Assembly (NCBI GenBank): GCA_018649885.1
Contig: JABIHA010000108.1
Location: 62,001 to 92,132, forward strand
Length of the DNA stretch: 30,132 nt
Origin: Bacteriovoracaceae bacterium
GTDB taxonomy: Bacteria > Bdellovibrionota > Bacteriovoracia > Bacteriovoracales > Bacteriovoracaceae
Direction of reading: 5' to 3'
Below, in pieces: positions 9,957-18,070 of this stretch (positions are counted from its first letter, which is position 1; the number at the start of each line of letters is the position of its first letter). Below the pieces are notes generated by a model, which worked only from the letters and a program-made list of their open reading frames with translations, had not been told where the DNA came from and searched no databases. The position numbers and the translations under genes were made by a program.

Positions 9957-10775
9957 TTAAACTCCATATAGGTCAAAACCTATATGATACACATCATCGA
10001 TGGCACCTTTCTGATCCCGAGCGAAATTCTGGACATCATTGACAAATTCTTTGAAGAGATCACGTGCCTTAACTTTTACCTCTTCATTGGAAGAAAAAGT
10101 TGCAGAAAAATGATAATCGGTTGGATTTTCATCTCTTCTAGAAATTTTAAAAATAGACTCTTGCCTCCAGTTCAAATCATTAATTTGTGCCATTGGACTA
10201 AAGGGTTCCAGTTGAACGAAGGGTTTAATTACAATTATCTTTGGATTTCCAATCTCAATTAATTGCATCTTCTCAAGTTTTTCCAACTCTCTTTTTAGCT
10301 TATTTTCTGAGATAAATATTCTCTTAGCAATGAGAAGAGGGTTGTCACAATATTTTTTAATTGTAAGAAGCATTAGAATTTTTGCAGTTGTTGATTCTGT
10401 ATAAAACTCTTGAGTCCTAATGGAGTCGAGTTTTTCATTGAATTCATATTTTGAAGTGTTTTTAATCTTGAGCTTTTCTTTTTGAATGGCCTCAATCTTA
10501 CTGTGAACATAATTTTTATGTGAAACATTTCCCGAACGGCCATGCTCACCTAACATCAGAAAAAATTGTAATTCTTCATTATCTAAGCTCAGATCCCTTC
10601 CTATAAGATAGAGCTGGTCCCCAGAGAAATCAGCATTGCCTCCCATCACCCTTGAAAAGTAGGAAGTGTGGATATGTGCACTAGAAGCCAGGGATTTATT
10701 AGAAATCCCCCTGATTTTACACAGGTTTATGATAATCTCTCGGTAATCTAAGTGGTTGTAAACACGAAATTCCAT
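9957..10775 (-). CDS. TIGR02147 / DUF4423 family putative transcriptional regulator
   Basis: N-terminal DYRE plus XRE-like HTH (SLASSAHIHTSYFSRVM), central wHTH-like (IAKRIFISENKLKRELEKLEKMQLI), C-terminal NWR..HFSATFS..VYHIGFDLY. Confidence 0.78.
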   Translation of the reverse strand: MEFRVYNHLDYREIIINLCKIRGISNKSLASSAHIHTSYFSRVMGGNADFSGDQLYLIGRDLSLDNEELQFFLMLGEHGRSGNVSHKNYVHSKIEAIQKEKLKIKNTSKYEFNEKLDSIRTQEFYTESTTAKILMLLTIKKYCDNPLLIAKRIFISENKLKRELEKLEKMQLIEIGNPKIIVIKPFVQLEPFSPMAQINDLNWRQESIFKISRRDENPTDYHFSATFSSNEEVKVKARDLFKEFVNDVQNFARDQKGAIDDVYHIGFDLYGV

Positions 10776-10783
10776 TATTCAAA

Positions 10784-10835
10784 CGTACACTAATAGTAAA
10801 TATTGGGCAAGGATATTATTTATTATTAGTTTACG
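10784..10835. promoter_or_regulatory. 19-bp inverted repeat immediately upstream of the DUF4423 gene (operator candidate A)
   Basis: cgtacactaatagtaaata (10784-10802) versus the reverse complement of 10817-10835 (cgtaaactaataataaata): 17/19 match, 14-nt spacer. Confidence 0.55.
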
Positions 10836-10883
10836 GGTTTCCTCCGAACGCCTATATCTATAAATGTGTTGATGCCAGTGGCA

Positions 10884-10962
10884 CTTTGCCACCACAAAAG
10901 AAAATAGTTTCAAATTACTTGTTGAACTATAAATAATGAAATATGAGTTTGTGGGGGCAAAG
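10884..10962. promoter_or_regulatory. 15-bp inverted repeat upstream of the metalloprotease (operator candidate B)
   Basis: ctttgccaccacaaa (10884-10898) and tttgtgggggcaaag (10948-10962): 14/15 match. Encloses a weaker inner dyad atagtttcaa/ttgaactat. Confidence 0.55.
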
Positions 10963-11024
10963 AGTTAACCAATTTTTCATTAATTTGAGAGTTAGTGATT
11001 CGACTACAAAAAGAGAGAGATGAC

Positions 11025-12644
11025 ATGAAATTCAAGGTACTAATTGCAATTTGCCTAATTTTCTCTATGTGGGGAACAACCCTTCACGCTGAAGATTGCG
11101 AAAAAACCACAGTAACTATAGAGGATATCCTAAACCCCGATGGAGATACAGGAGTCATATTAGATGCAGATGGAGAAATCAAAATAGATAGTGAAAAACT
11201 AGACCCCAATATCTTTTTCAGTGAAAGTGAAGGGGTTGGAGGTTGGATTGGATCTGGTGGAGATACCCAACATGAAGTAGATAATATTTGGTTCATGGGT
11301 AGAAAGCCTGTTCGGTATTGTATAAAGATCTCTGATACAAATGAATTTTCTAGAAGTGAAATTCAAAGACTTGTAAAAGAATCTCTTTCAGAGTGGCAAG
11401 CATTTTTTAGAAAATATAGAATATCTTCTAGGCCCTTGGCCGTAGATGTAGAAAAATTTAAAATTAACCTTTCCAACGGAAAAGCACCTCTACTATCTAC
11501 CAACTTTGTTGAATTTGATTGTAGTGCTGAAAGCCTTGAAACCATTGATCCTAAAGATAAGCTCTACCTATTCTTTGGTGTAGAAAACTCTCTGATTAAA
11601 ATTTATAAAAAGCTCAATACAGAAAATGCACTAGGCCTTGCTCTAAGAAAGAAATATAATCACAAGAGCAATAAAAACGGTGGATTTGTTTGGATTAAAG
11701 AATTTGAAAAATCTTCTGAATCAAAACTTAAACATATGATACTCCACGAGCTTGGACACATTTTTGGTATGAAGCACGATTCTGTCTTTGTTATGAGTAA
11801 TGATGTTGCTGAGGAATTAGAAGAAGGTGAGCTTTATTCTGAAGAGTATTTTGGAGAAATTGAATCTGACTCTTGGAAGTACCGATACCTGCCAAGTGAA
11901 AAAATTGTCCTCACAAGTAGTAAGGGACGAAAGTTTAAAGATAGAGAAGACTTTGTTTTTGAAGAGGGGCTTGAAGGAGATCTTGAGCAAGGTAATACTC
12001 ACGGCAGCTTTTTAAGAAAAATTAAAAGACCTAAAAAACCAAAGAAACCATTTGGACACAAAAAACCAGGCCACAAAAAGCCTGGACACAAAAAACCAGG
12101 CCCGGTTAAGCCAAAGAAAGGCACCTTTGTTGGGAAATTTAAATGTAAGGATGAGCAGTATGCTCCAAACATCTTCCTTCCCAGACAAGTTATTCAAAAA
12201 TACGGGTTTAAAGCAAGAAATTGCCACAAGGTTACTTTTTCAAAAAGCACCTTCAACTCTGGCAACAGAGTCATGAAAAAGTTTGAGCTGGCCTTCACTG
12301 AATATAGAACAGGCCGATCATTTACCATGAATGGCGTTTTCTCCAATAAAGTAAAAAGTCGTGAAAACCACCCAGGGCCAGGTGTCTACTCTACTTATAA
12401 ATTTACCAATAAGAAAAGAGCAAGAACCAGAATTCTTAATATGAGACTCACATTAGATCGCGAGCAACAAGAACTGCCTGTCAGAGGATACTTTCAAGTA
12501 ATGGGTAGAAAACTTGCAGCTCAAATCACCAGTGACAAAGGGCCTGTTGTAGAAGTTTTTCTACCAAATGGTGACTGGTGGATTCTCAAATCTGTACACA
12601 GTTGTAGTGGGAATGAGCCTTGTGGTGCAAAAAACTTTGATTAG
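11025..12644 (+). CDS. Secreted zinc metalloprotease (metzincin, matrixin-like)
   Basis: Signal peptide MKFKVLIAICLIFSMWGTTLHA, HELGHIFGMKH (HExxHxxGxxH) and a Met-turn-like SVFVMS. ATG 11025 preferred over GTG 10995. Confidence 0.8.
   Translation: MKFKVLIAICLIFSMWGTTLHAEDCEKTTVTIEDILNPDGDTGVILDADGEIKIDSEKLDPNIFFSESEGVGGWIGSGGDTQHEVDNIWFMGRKPVRYCIKISDTNEFSRSEIQRLVKESLSEWQAFFRKYRISSRPLAVDVEKFKINLSNGKAPLLSTNFVEFDCSAESLETIDPKDKLYLFFGVENSLIKIYKKLNTENALGLALRKKYNHKSNKNGGFVWIKEFEKSSESKLKHMILHELGHIFGMKHDSVFVMSNDVAEELEEGELYSEEYFGEIESDSWKYRYLPSEKIVLTSSKGRKFKDREDFVFEEGLEGDLEQGNTHGSFLRKIKRPKKPKKPFGHKKPGHKKPGHKKPGPVKPKKGTFVGKFKCKDEQYAPNIFLPRQVIQKYGFKARNCHKVTFSKSTFNSGNRVMKKFELAFTEYRTGRSFTMNGVFSNKVKSRENHPGPGVYSTYKFTNKKRARTRILNMRLTLDREQQELPVRGYFQVMGRKLAAQITSDKGPVVEVFLPNGDWWILKSVHSCSGNEPCGAKNFD
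12054..12101 (+). repeat. In-frame 15-bp tandem repeat x3 (GHKKP)
   Basis: ggacacaaaaaacca ggccacaaaaagcct ggacacaaaaaacca ggc. Confidence 0.9.
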
Positions 12645-12649
12645 ATAAC

Positions 12650-12695
12650 AATTCGTTCCAATGTCTTTATAGAAGTAAAGGCGTTGGGATGAATT
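12650..12695 (+). terminator. 20-bp RNA hairpin just after the protease stop (terminator or 3' stabiliser)
   Basis: aattcgttccaatgtcttta-tagaag-taaaggcgttgggatgaatt. All four DNA mismatches are G-U pairs in the + strand RNA. No clear U-tract. Confidence 0.65.
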
Positions 12696-12958
12696 ATATA
12701 GAAAAAATTAAGTTTTAATCTAGTCGAACACTTTGAAGCTATACCTAATCTTTTCTGTGACTAAATTACTTTCATTCCTCATCTTTTTACAATACTGAAG
12801 TATAATCACTTATTCACTTCTATCCATTTCCTTATAAGAACATTCATTTCTATTTTAGATTTTTCCTTGAAGTACAACTCTTTCATGCAGTTGTTCTTGT
12901 CAGATTAGATCAAATCTTGGTTGTAAGAACTGTCAAGTCAAGCCTTAACTTTTTCACA

Positions 12959-14344
12959 TTATAACTTCAAGGCCGTTTTAAAAGCGTGAAATGGCTTCTC
13001 AAAGTTCACCTTGGAATAATCTGAACCCAGGCTATCTAAAACTCTAATACAAATATTCTTATCAGGCACATTGCTGGTCTCCATCAAAGTTTGAGTAAAG
13101 TCATAGGTCAAAATAAAGGCAGCAGACATTGGTGGGATATGCTTAAAGTCTATCCCGCGTGGAAATCCTGATCCATCAGGTTTCTCGTGGTGTTGCTCAA
13201 TAATGGAAATCTCATCAGTAAGAAACCCACCCTTTGATTTCAAAAGCTCTACCGCTCTCCTTGGATGACCTTTTATAATTTCTTTTTCAATAGAAGCCAG
13301 TTTTCGAAATTCATCACTTTCACAAACAAGAATTTCAGCTAAGTGTTTTTGATTATCGGTGAAGCCAAAATCGCAAAACACTGAGGCATAAACTAACTTC
13401 TTTAAAGTTGCGTGAGAATCCCACCCCATCTCTTGAACAAGGCCACCAAGTAGATAGTTTTGAATGCTTGTACGAGTAAAAAAGTAACTCTTATTTTTTA
13501 ATAGATTTGAGACTAACTTCCAAATATTTTTGCTATCTTTTAAAACATCCTGAACCGAATTGACAATTTCATCTGTTAATTCAATGGCCGAATCATTAAT
13601 TCCCATATTTTTAACAGTATCTTGTACTTGCTTTACAGAAGCCAATTGAAGTTTAATTTTCTCACCGGTACTTAAGCTTTTTTCACTTAATTTACTTTTG
13701 AGATTTTCCATTACCTTATCGGCAATTTCTTGATAGTCCTCTCTTGCTTGGTAAAGAAATTTAACTCCCTTTTCTAGCATATTTTGAACGGTATCTTTTC
13801 TAACCTCATCACCACTATTAAACATCTTTATATATTTACCACTTGGCAATTTGACGTAAACATCTCCATTAACTTTCTCCAACTTGAGAATGTGATGTAT
13901 TCTGACACGGATTAGATTTGAAATCTCTTTGTCTTTCAAAGCCTCAATATTTTCTTTTGCATAAACTATCTCTTTATAGTTTTTTCCAAAGAGTGATGTA
14001 AGGTCCTCATCAAGTGAATGGAGAAAGACAGCGTGATGCTTCTTACTATCTTTAAAGAAAAAAGCTAAACTCTTATCCGTATCATCCTCTTCAGAAGTAC
14101 ACAGGAAAAAAAATGGTCTTTTCTTTCCATTTTTATTGGCCAGGTAAAATAGTCTTCCACCACCAGTTCTGATGTCATGGTCTGTCATACAAAACTTTAC
14201 ACTGGGATCACTTATATATCCGTGAAATTTATCGGGAATATTCACACATAGAACTTCTAATGGAAAATTGGCCTCAATATGGACAGAGACAAACTCTGCA
14301 AATGAAGGGTCTTGATAAAAAAGTAGAACTTTGGCTTTTGACAT
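12959..14344 (-). CDS. Degenerate HD-GYP domain protein with N-terminal receiver-like domain
   Basis: QHHEKPDGSGFPRG and IIKGHP present. The HD motif position reads FCDFG. The N-terminus resembles an atypical REC domain. Confidence 0.75.
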   Translation of the reverse strand: MSKAKVLLFYQDPSFAEFVSVHIEANFPLEVLCVNIPDKFHGYISDPSVKFCMTDHDIRTGGGRLFYLANKNGKKRPFFFLCTSEEDDTDKSLAFFFKDSKKHHAVFLHSLDEDLTSLFGKNYKEIVYAKENIEALKDKEISNLIRVRIHHILKLEKVNGDVYVKLPSGKYIKMFNSGDEVRKDTVQNMLEKGVKFLYQAREDYQEIADKVMENLKSKLSEKSLSTGEKIKLQLASVKQVQDTVKNMGINDSAIELTDEIVNSVQDVLKDSKNIWKLVSNLLKNKSYFFTRTSIQNYLLGGLVQEMGWDSHATLKKLVYASVFCDFGFTDNQKHLAEILVCESDEFRKLASIEKEIIKGHPRRAVELLKSKGGFLTDEISIIEQHHEKPDGSGFPRGIDFKHIPPMSAAFILTYDFTQTLMETSNVPDKNICIRVLDSLGSDYSKVNFEKPFHAFKTALKL

Positions 14345-14351
14345 CTATATA

Positions 14352-15278
14352 TTATTTACCAAATTGTTGGTGGAGCCAAATAGAATTACAGATATTTCGC
14401 CTTAAATCATTAAATTGACCCTTATCGTACCAATAATTTTGTGTAGCATTACTCAGGATTACACAGCCTATTTTCTTTTCCGGGTCAATCCATACACTAT
14501 TCCCTGTGAAGCCCAGGTGCCCAAATACACTGTCTCCGCACTGATCTCCTGCCAGGGTTAACTCCTTATTTTGAGCACGGTCCCAGCCGTGAGCAAAACG
14601 GGAGCTTCTATCTTTATTAATTTGATCAAATACAAGACCAATAAAACCAAATTCCTCTTCCATTTTCAAAAGAGTATTGCAAAGGGCCTGGATTGTTGAA
14701 AAAAGCCCTGCATGGCAAACAAAGTCTTTGATAACAAAGGCCCTTGGATCGTGGACCTCTCCTTTAATAGCTCTACCATCTCTAAACCCAGTTCTTGGAC
14801 AAGCAGCATAGGGAGCAAGGGTATTCCAATGTAGAAGATCAGGATCGTATATTTCCCGCAGCGACTGATAAAGTCCATGGCCTAGTTTTTTCTCTAGCTC
14901 GAGACCAAGCCTTATGGCACCCAAGTCTGAATAAAGTGTAGGAGATTTAGTTACTGGATAGGACATGATTTGCTCCTTCCAGTTTCTTTTATCAAGATAT
15001 GCATAAGCCGGAAGACCACCACGATGATCTAGTAAAAGACAGAGATCCTCATCAAAAAGCTCTCGGTGTTTAAGATAGCTTAAATGTAGTGTCATAGGCT
15101 TAGTGACACTAGCTAGATCAAAATAAATTTTTTCAGCATCTAGAAGTTCATCATCCGAAGAAATCATGAATTTTTGAGATTTGCCGGTAGCAAAATCAAT
15201 TACACCCACAGCAAGGGTGTTGAAATTCTGCTCTTCCATAGCATCAAGGCAATCATTTTCTAAGGAACTTAAATCCAA
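14352..15278 (-). CDS. Serine hydrolase, beta-lactamase family (AmiE/YbbE-like)
   Basis: FDLASVTK (SxxK), LLDHRGGLP, LYSDLG, GEVHDP, HAGLFST, FGHLGFTGNSVWIDP. No signal peptide. Confidence 0.85.
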   Translation of the reverse strand: MDLSSLENDCLDAMEEQNFNTLAVGVIDFATGKSQKFMISSDDELLDAEKIYFDLASVTKPMTLHLSYLKHRELFDEDLCLLLDHRGGLPAYAYLDKRNWKEQIMSYPVTKSPTLYSDLGAIRLGLELEKKLGHGLYQSLREIYDPDLLHWNTLAPYAACPRTGFRDGRAIKGEVHDPRAFVIKDFVCHAGLFSTIQALCNTLLKMEEEFGFIGLVFDQINKDRSSRFAHGWDRAQNKELTLAGDQCGDSVFGHLGFTGNSVWIDPEKKIGCVILSNATQNYWYDKGQFNDLRRNICNSIWLHQQFGK

Positions 15279-15284
15279 TATCTC

Positions 15285-17948
15285 TTACCCATTTCTGATT
15301 GCTGCTTGAGCAGCTGATAATCTTGCAATAGGTATTCGGTATGGTGAGCAAGACACATAGTCGAGTCCCGTTCTATGGCAAAAGTCGATAGAGTTTGGCT
15401 CTCCTCCGTGCTCACCACAAATCCCGATATGCATTTTGGGATTTGTCTTTCTCCCCTCCTTAGTAGCAAGATCCACTAAAAATCCTACCCCAGACTGATC
15501 CAGGGAAACAAAGGGGTCACAGGGAAGTATTTTTTGATCAACATAGTAAGGCAAGAATTTTCCCGCATCATCTCTTGAGAGCCCAAAAGTTGTTTGAGTC
15601 AGATCGTTGGTACCGAATGAAAAGAAGTCTGCATGTTCAGCTATTTCAGCTGCTGTAATAGCGGCCCTAGGAAGCTCAATCATAGTCCCTAGCTTGTAAT
15701 CAACAGTTTTGCCTTTTTCTTGAAATATATTGTCAATTGTTCTTTTGACCCAGTCATTAATATAGGAGAGCTCCTTTGCGTGTGAAATCAAAGGAATCAT
15801 AATCTCAGGCTTTACAACGACACCACTATCAGATGCTTCAATAGCGGCCTCAATAATGGCCCTAGCTTGCATGCAATAAATCTCAGGAAATGTAACCCCT
15901 AACCGGCATCCACGATGGCCAAGCATTGGGTTCATCTCCTCAAGAGTGCTTATTATCCTTTCGATTTCTTCTCGACTGATTTCAAGGGCAGCAGCAAGAT
16001 CATCTTTTTCTACATCTCTTTGTGGTAAAAATTCATGGAGAGGTGGATCCAGAAGCCTTATATTCACCGGCTTTCCATCCATTTCTTTAAAAATACCCAG
16101 AAAATCTTTTTTCTGAAAAGGAAGAAGTTTAGAAAGTGCTTTTTCTCTATCTCCTGGATTTTGGGAAAATATCATCTCTCTGATGGCCAAAATTCTCTCG
16201 ACATCAAAAAACATATGCTCTGTCCGACAAAGCCCAATGCCCTCAGCACCAAAATTAATTGCGACTTTAGAATCTTCAGGATTATCTGCATTTGTTCTAA
16301 TTTTTAATACCCTGAACTCATCTGCCCAAGACATAAATGTGGCAAAGTCATCAGAAATAGTAGCTTCAATAGTTGGAACTTCCCCAGAGATAACTTCTCC
16401 AGTTCCACCTTCGATAGTTATATATTCACCCTCTTTGTAACCCTTACCTGCAATGGTGCAAGTTTTATGCTCTTCATTAATAAAAACTCCACTACATCCG
16501 GCCACACATGGCTTCCCCATTCCTCTGGCCACAACAGCAGCATGAGAAGTCATCCCACCTCTTGCAGTTAAAATTCCCTCAGAAGCGGCCATTCCATGAA
16601 TATCTTCAGGACTAGTTTCTTGTCTTATCAAAATGACTTTTTTTCCCGCTTCATTTAATTCATGTGCAGTATCAGAATCAAATACAATCTGTCCTGTTGC
16701 AGCTCCGGGAGAAGCGGGAAGTCCAGTTGTCAAAACCAGTTTCTTTGCCTCAGGATCGAGAGTTGGATGAAGAAGCTGATTTAGATCCTCTGGATCAATT
16801 CTCATGATTACTTCTTTCTTATCTACTAAGCCCTCATTAACGAGATCAGTAGCTATTTTTAAGGCAGCAGTTGTTGTCCTTTTGCCATTTCTTGTTTGCA
16901 GTAGAAATAGTTTTCCCTTTTCCACTGTAAACTCAATATCCTGCATATCTTGGTAATGACTTTCTAGTTTTTTATAAACACTCGTTAGTTCAGCAAAAAC
17001 GACTGGCATTGCCTCTTCAAGAGTTGCAAGGGTCTTATTAGACTCATTTTTCGAACAATCATTTATTGGACAAGGTGTTCTTATTCCAGCAACAACATCT
17101 TCGCCTTGAGCATTTATTAGATATTCTCCAAAGAACTTTTTCTCACCAGTTGATGGATCTCTTGTGAAACAAACTCCTGTAGCACAATCATCTCCCATAT
17201 TTCCATAAACCATGGACTGAACATTAACAGCTGTTCCCCAGTCATCAGAAAAACTATTTATTTTTCTATATCTAATGGCCCTAGGATTATTCCAACTATC
17301 AAAAACGGCACCAATCGCCTTCCACAATTGTTCAGAAGGATCTTCTGGAAATACAACTCCAAACTCTGAGGTCAATGTTCTTTTAAAAGTCTCTGAAAGA
17401 TCTTTTAAATCTTCGGCAGACAATTCAGTGTCTTCTTCTACACCTCTTGCATCTTTTAAATCTTCAAGAAGTATTTCTAGCATAGAGGTATTTACCCCTA
17501 GTACTACATTTGAATACATTTGGATAAATCGTCTATAAGAATCCCATGCAAATCTTGCATTGCCAGATTTTTTAATTAAACCTTCTACAACCTCTTCATT
17601 GAGACCTAGATTCAGCACAGTATCCATCATACCTGGCATGGAAACCCTGGCACCTGAACGAACTGAAAATAGAAGTGGATCTGAGGCATCGCCAAATTTT
17701 TTCCCTGTAATGGCTTCCACATTCTTCAAAGCTTCAAGAACCTGAGATTTTATTTCTTCAGAGAATGATTTATCCTGCTCATAAAAATCGAGACATGCCT
17801 GAGTGGAAACAGTAAACCCAGGAGGAACCGGAAGTCCAAGGCTACACATTTCTGCTAAATTAGCCCCTTTGCCACCTAACAATTCTTTTTGGTCTCGGTT
17901 TCCGTCAGTTTTTTCTTTGCTAAAAAAATAAATCCATTTACTAGCCAT
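15285..17948 (-). CDS. ppdK: Pyruvate, phosphate dikinase
   Basis: LLGGKGANLAEM, SVRSGARVSMPGMMDTVLNLG, GGMTSHAAVVARG (catalytic His), GLCRTEHMF, SFGTNDL, GICGEHGG. Confidence 0.98.
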   Translation of the reverse strand: MASKWIYFFSKEKTDGNRDQKELLGGKGANLAEMCSLGLPVPPGFTVSTQACLDFYEQDKSFSEEIKSQVLEALKNVEAITGKKFGDASDPLLFSVRSGARVSMPGMMDTVLNLGLNEEVVEGLIKKSGNARFAWDSYRRFIQMYSNVVLGVNTSMLEILLEDLKDARGVEEDTELSAEDLKDLSETFKRTLTSEFGVVFPEDPSEQLWKAIGAVFDSWNNPRAIRYRKINSFSDDWGTAVNVQSMVYGNMGDDCATGVCFTRDPSTGEKKFFGEYLINAQGEDVVAGIRTPCPINDCSKNESNKTLATLEEAMPVVFAELTSVYKKLESHYQDMQDIEFTVEKGKLFLLQTRNGKRTTTAALKIATDLVNEGLVDKKEVIMRIDPEDLNQLLHPTLDPEAKKLVLTTGLPASPGAATGQIVFDSDTAHELNEAGKKVILIRQETSPEDIHGMAASEGILTARGGMTSHAAVVARGMGKPCVAGCSGVFINEEHKTCTIAGKGYKEGEYITIEGGTGEVISGEVPTIEATISDDFATFMSWADEFRVLKIRTNADNPEDSKVAINFGAEGIGLCRTEHMFFDVERILAIREMIFSQNPGDREKALSKLLPFQKKDFLGIFKEMDGKPVNIRLLDPPLHEFLPQRDVEKDDLAAALEISREEIERIISTLEEMNPMLGHRGCRLGVTFPEIYCMQARAIIEAAIEASDSGVVVKPEIMIPLISHAKELSYINDWVKRTIDNIFQEKGKTVDYKLGTMIELPRAAITAAEIAEHADFFSFGTNDLTQTTFGLSRDDAGKFLPYYVDQKILPCDPFVSLDQSGVGFLVDLATKEGRKTNPKMHIGICGEHGGEPNSIDFCHRTGLDYVSCSPYRIPIARLSAAQAAIRNG

Positions 17949-17973
17949 CTCTCTTTCTCCAAGACCAATTAGA

Positions 17974-18070
17974 CTGATCCCATTTTGAATTTCAAGTGGC
18001 GGATTCCTCGTCGGAGTGTGCTACACACCTTCCTTGTCATCCACTCACTTGAAATCCAAACTGGAATCAG
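17974..18070. repeat. 97-bp imperfect palindrome (REP/MITE-like) between glyQS and ppdK
   Basis: 25-bp arms ctgatcccattttgaatttcaagtg and cacttgaaatccaaactggaatcag (22/25), inner hairpin gtgtg-cta-cacac. The right end contains the glyQS TGA. Confidence 0.7.

Noticed and set aside
10879..10895. TGGCAC..TTGC as a sigma54 promoter for the protease
   Set aside because: The spacing between the GG and GC elements is too short for a -24/-12 promoter.
12806..12886. 26-aa minus-strand ORF MKELYFKEKSKIEMNVLIRKWIEVNK in the intergenic gap
   Set aside because: No RBS, no recognisable motif, and a length expected by chance in AT-rich DNA.
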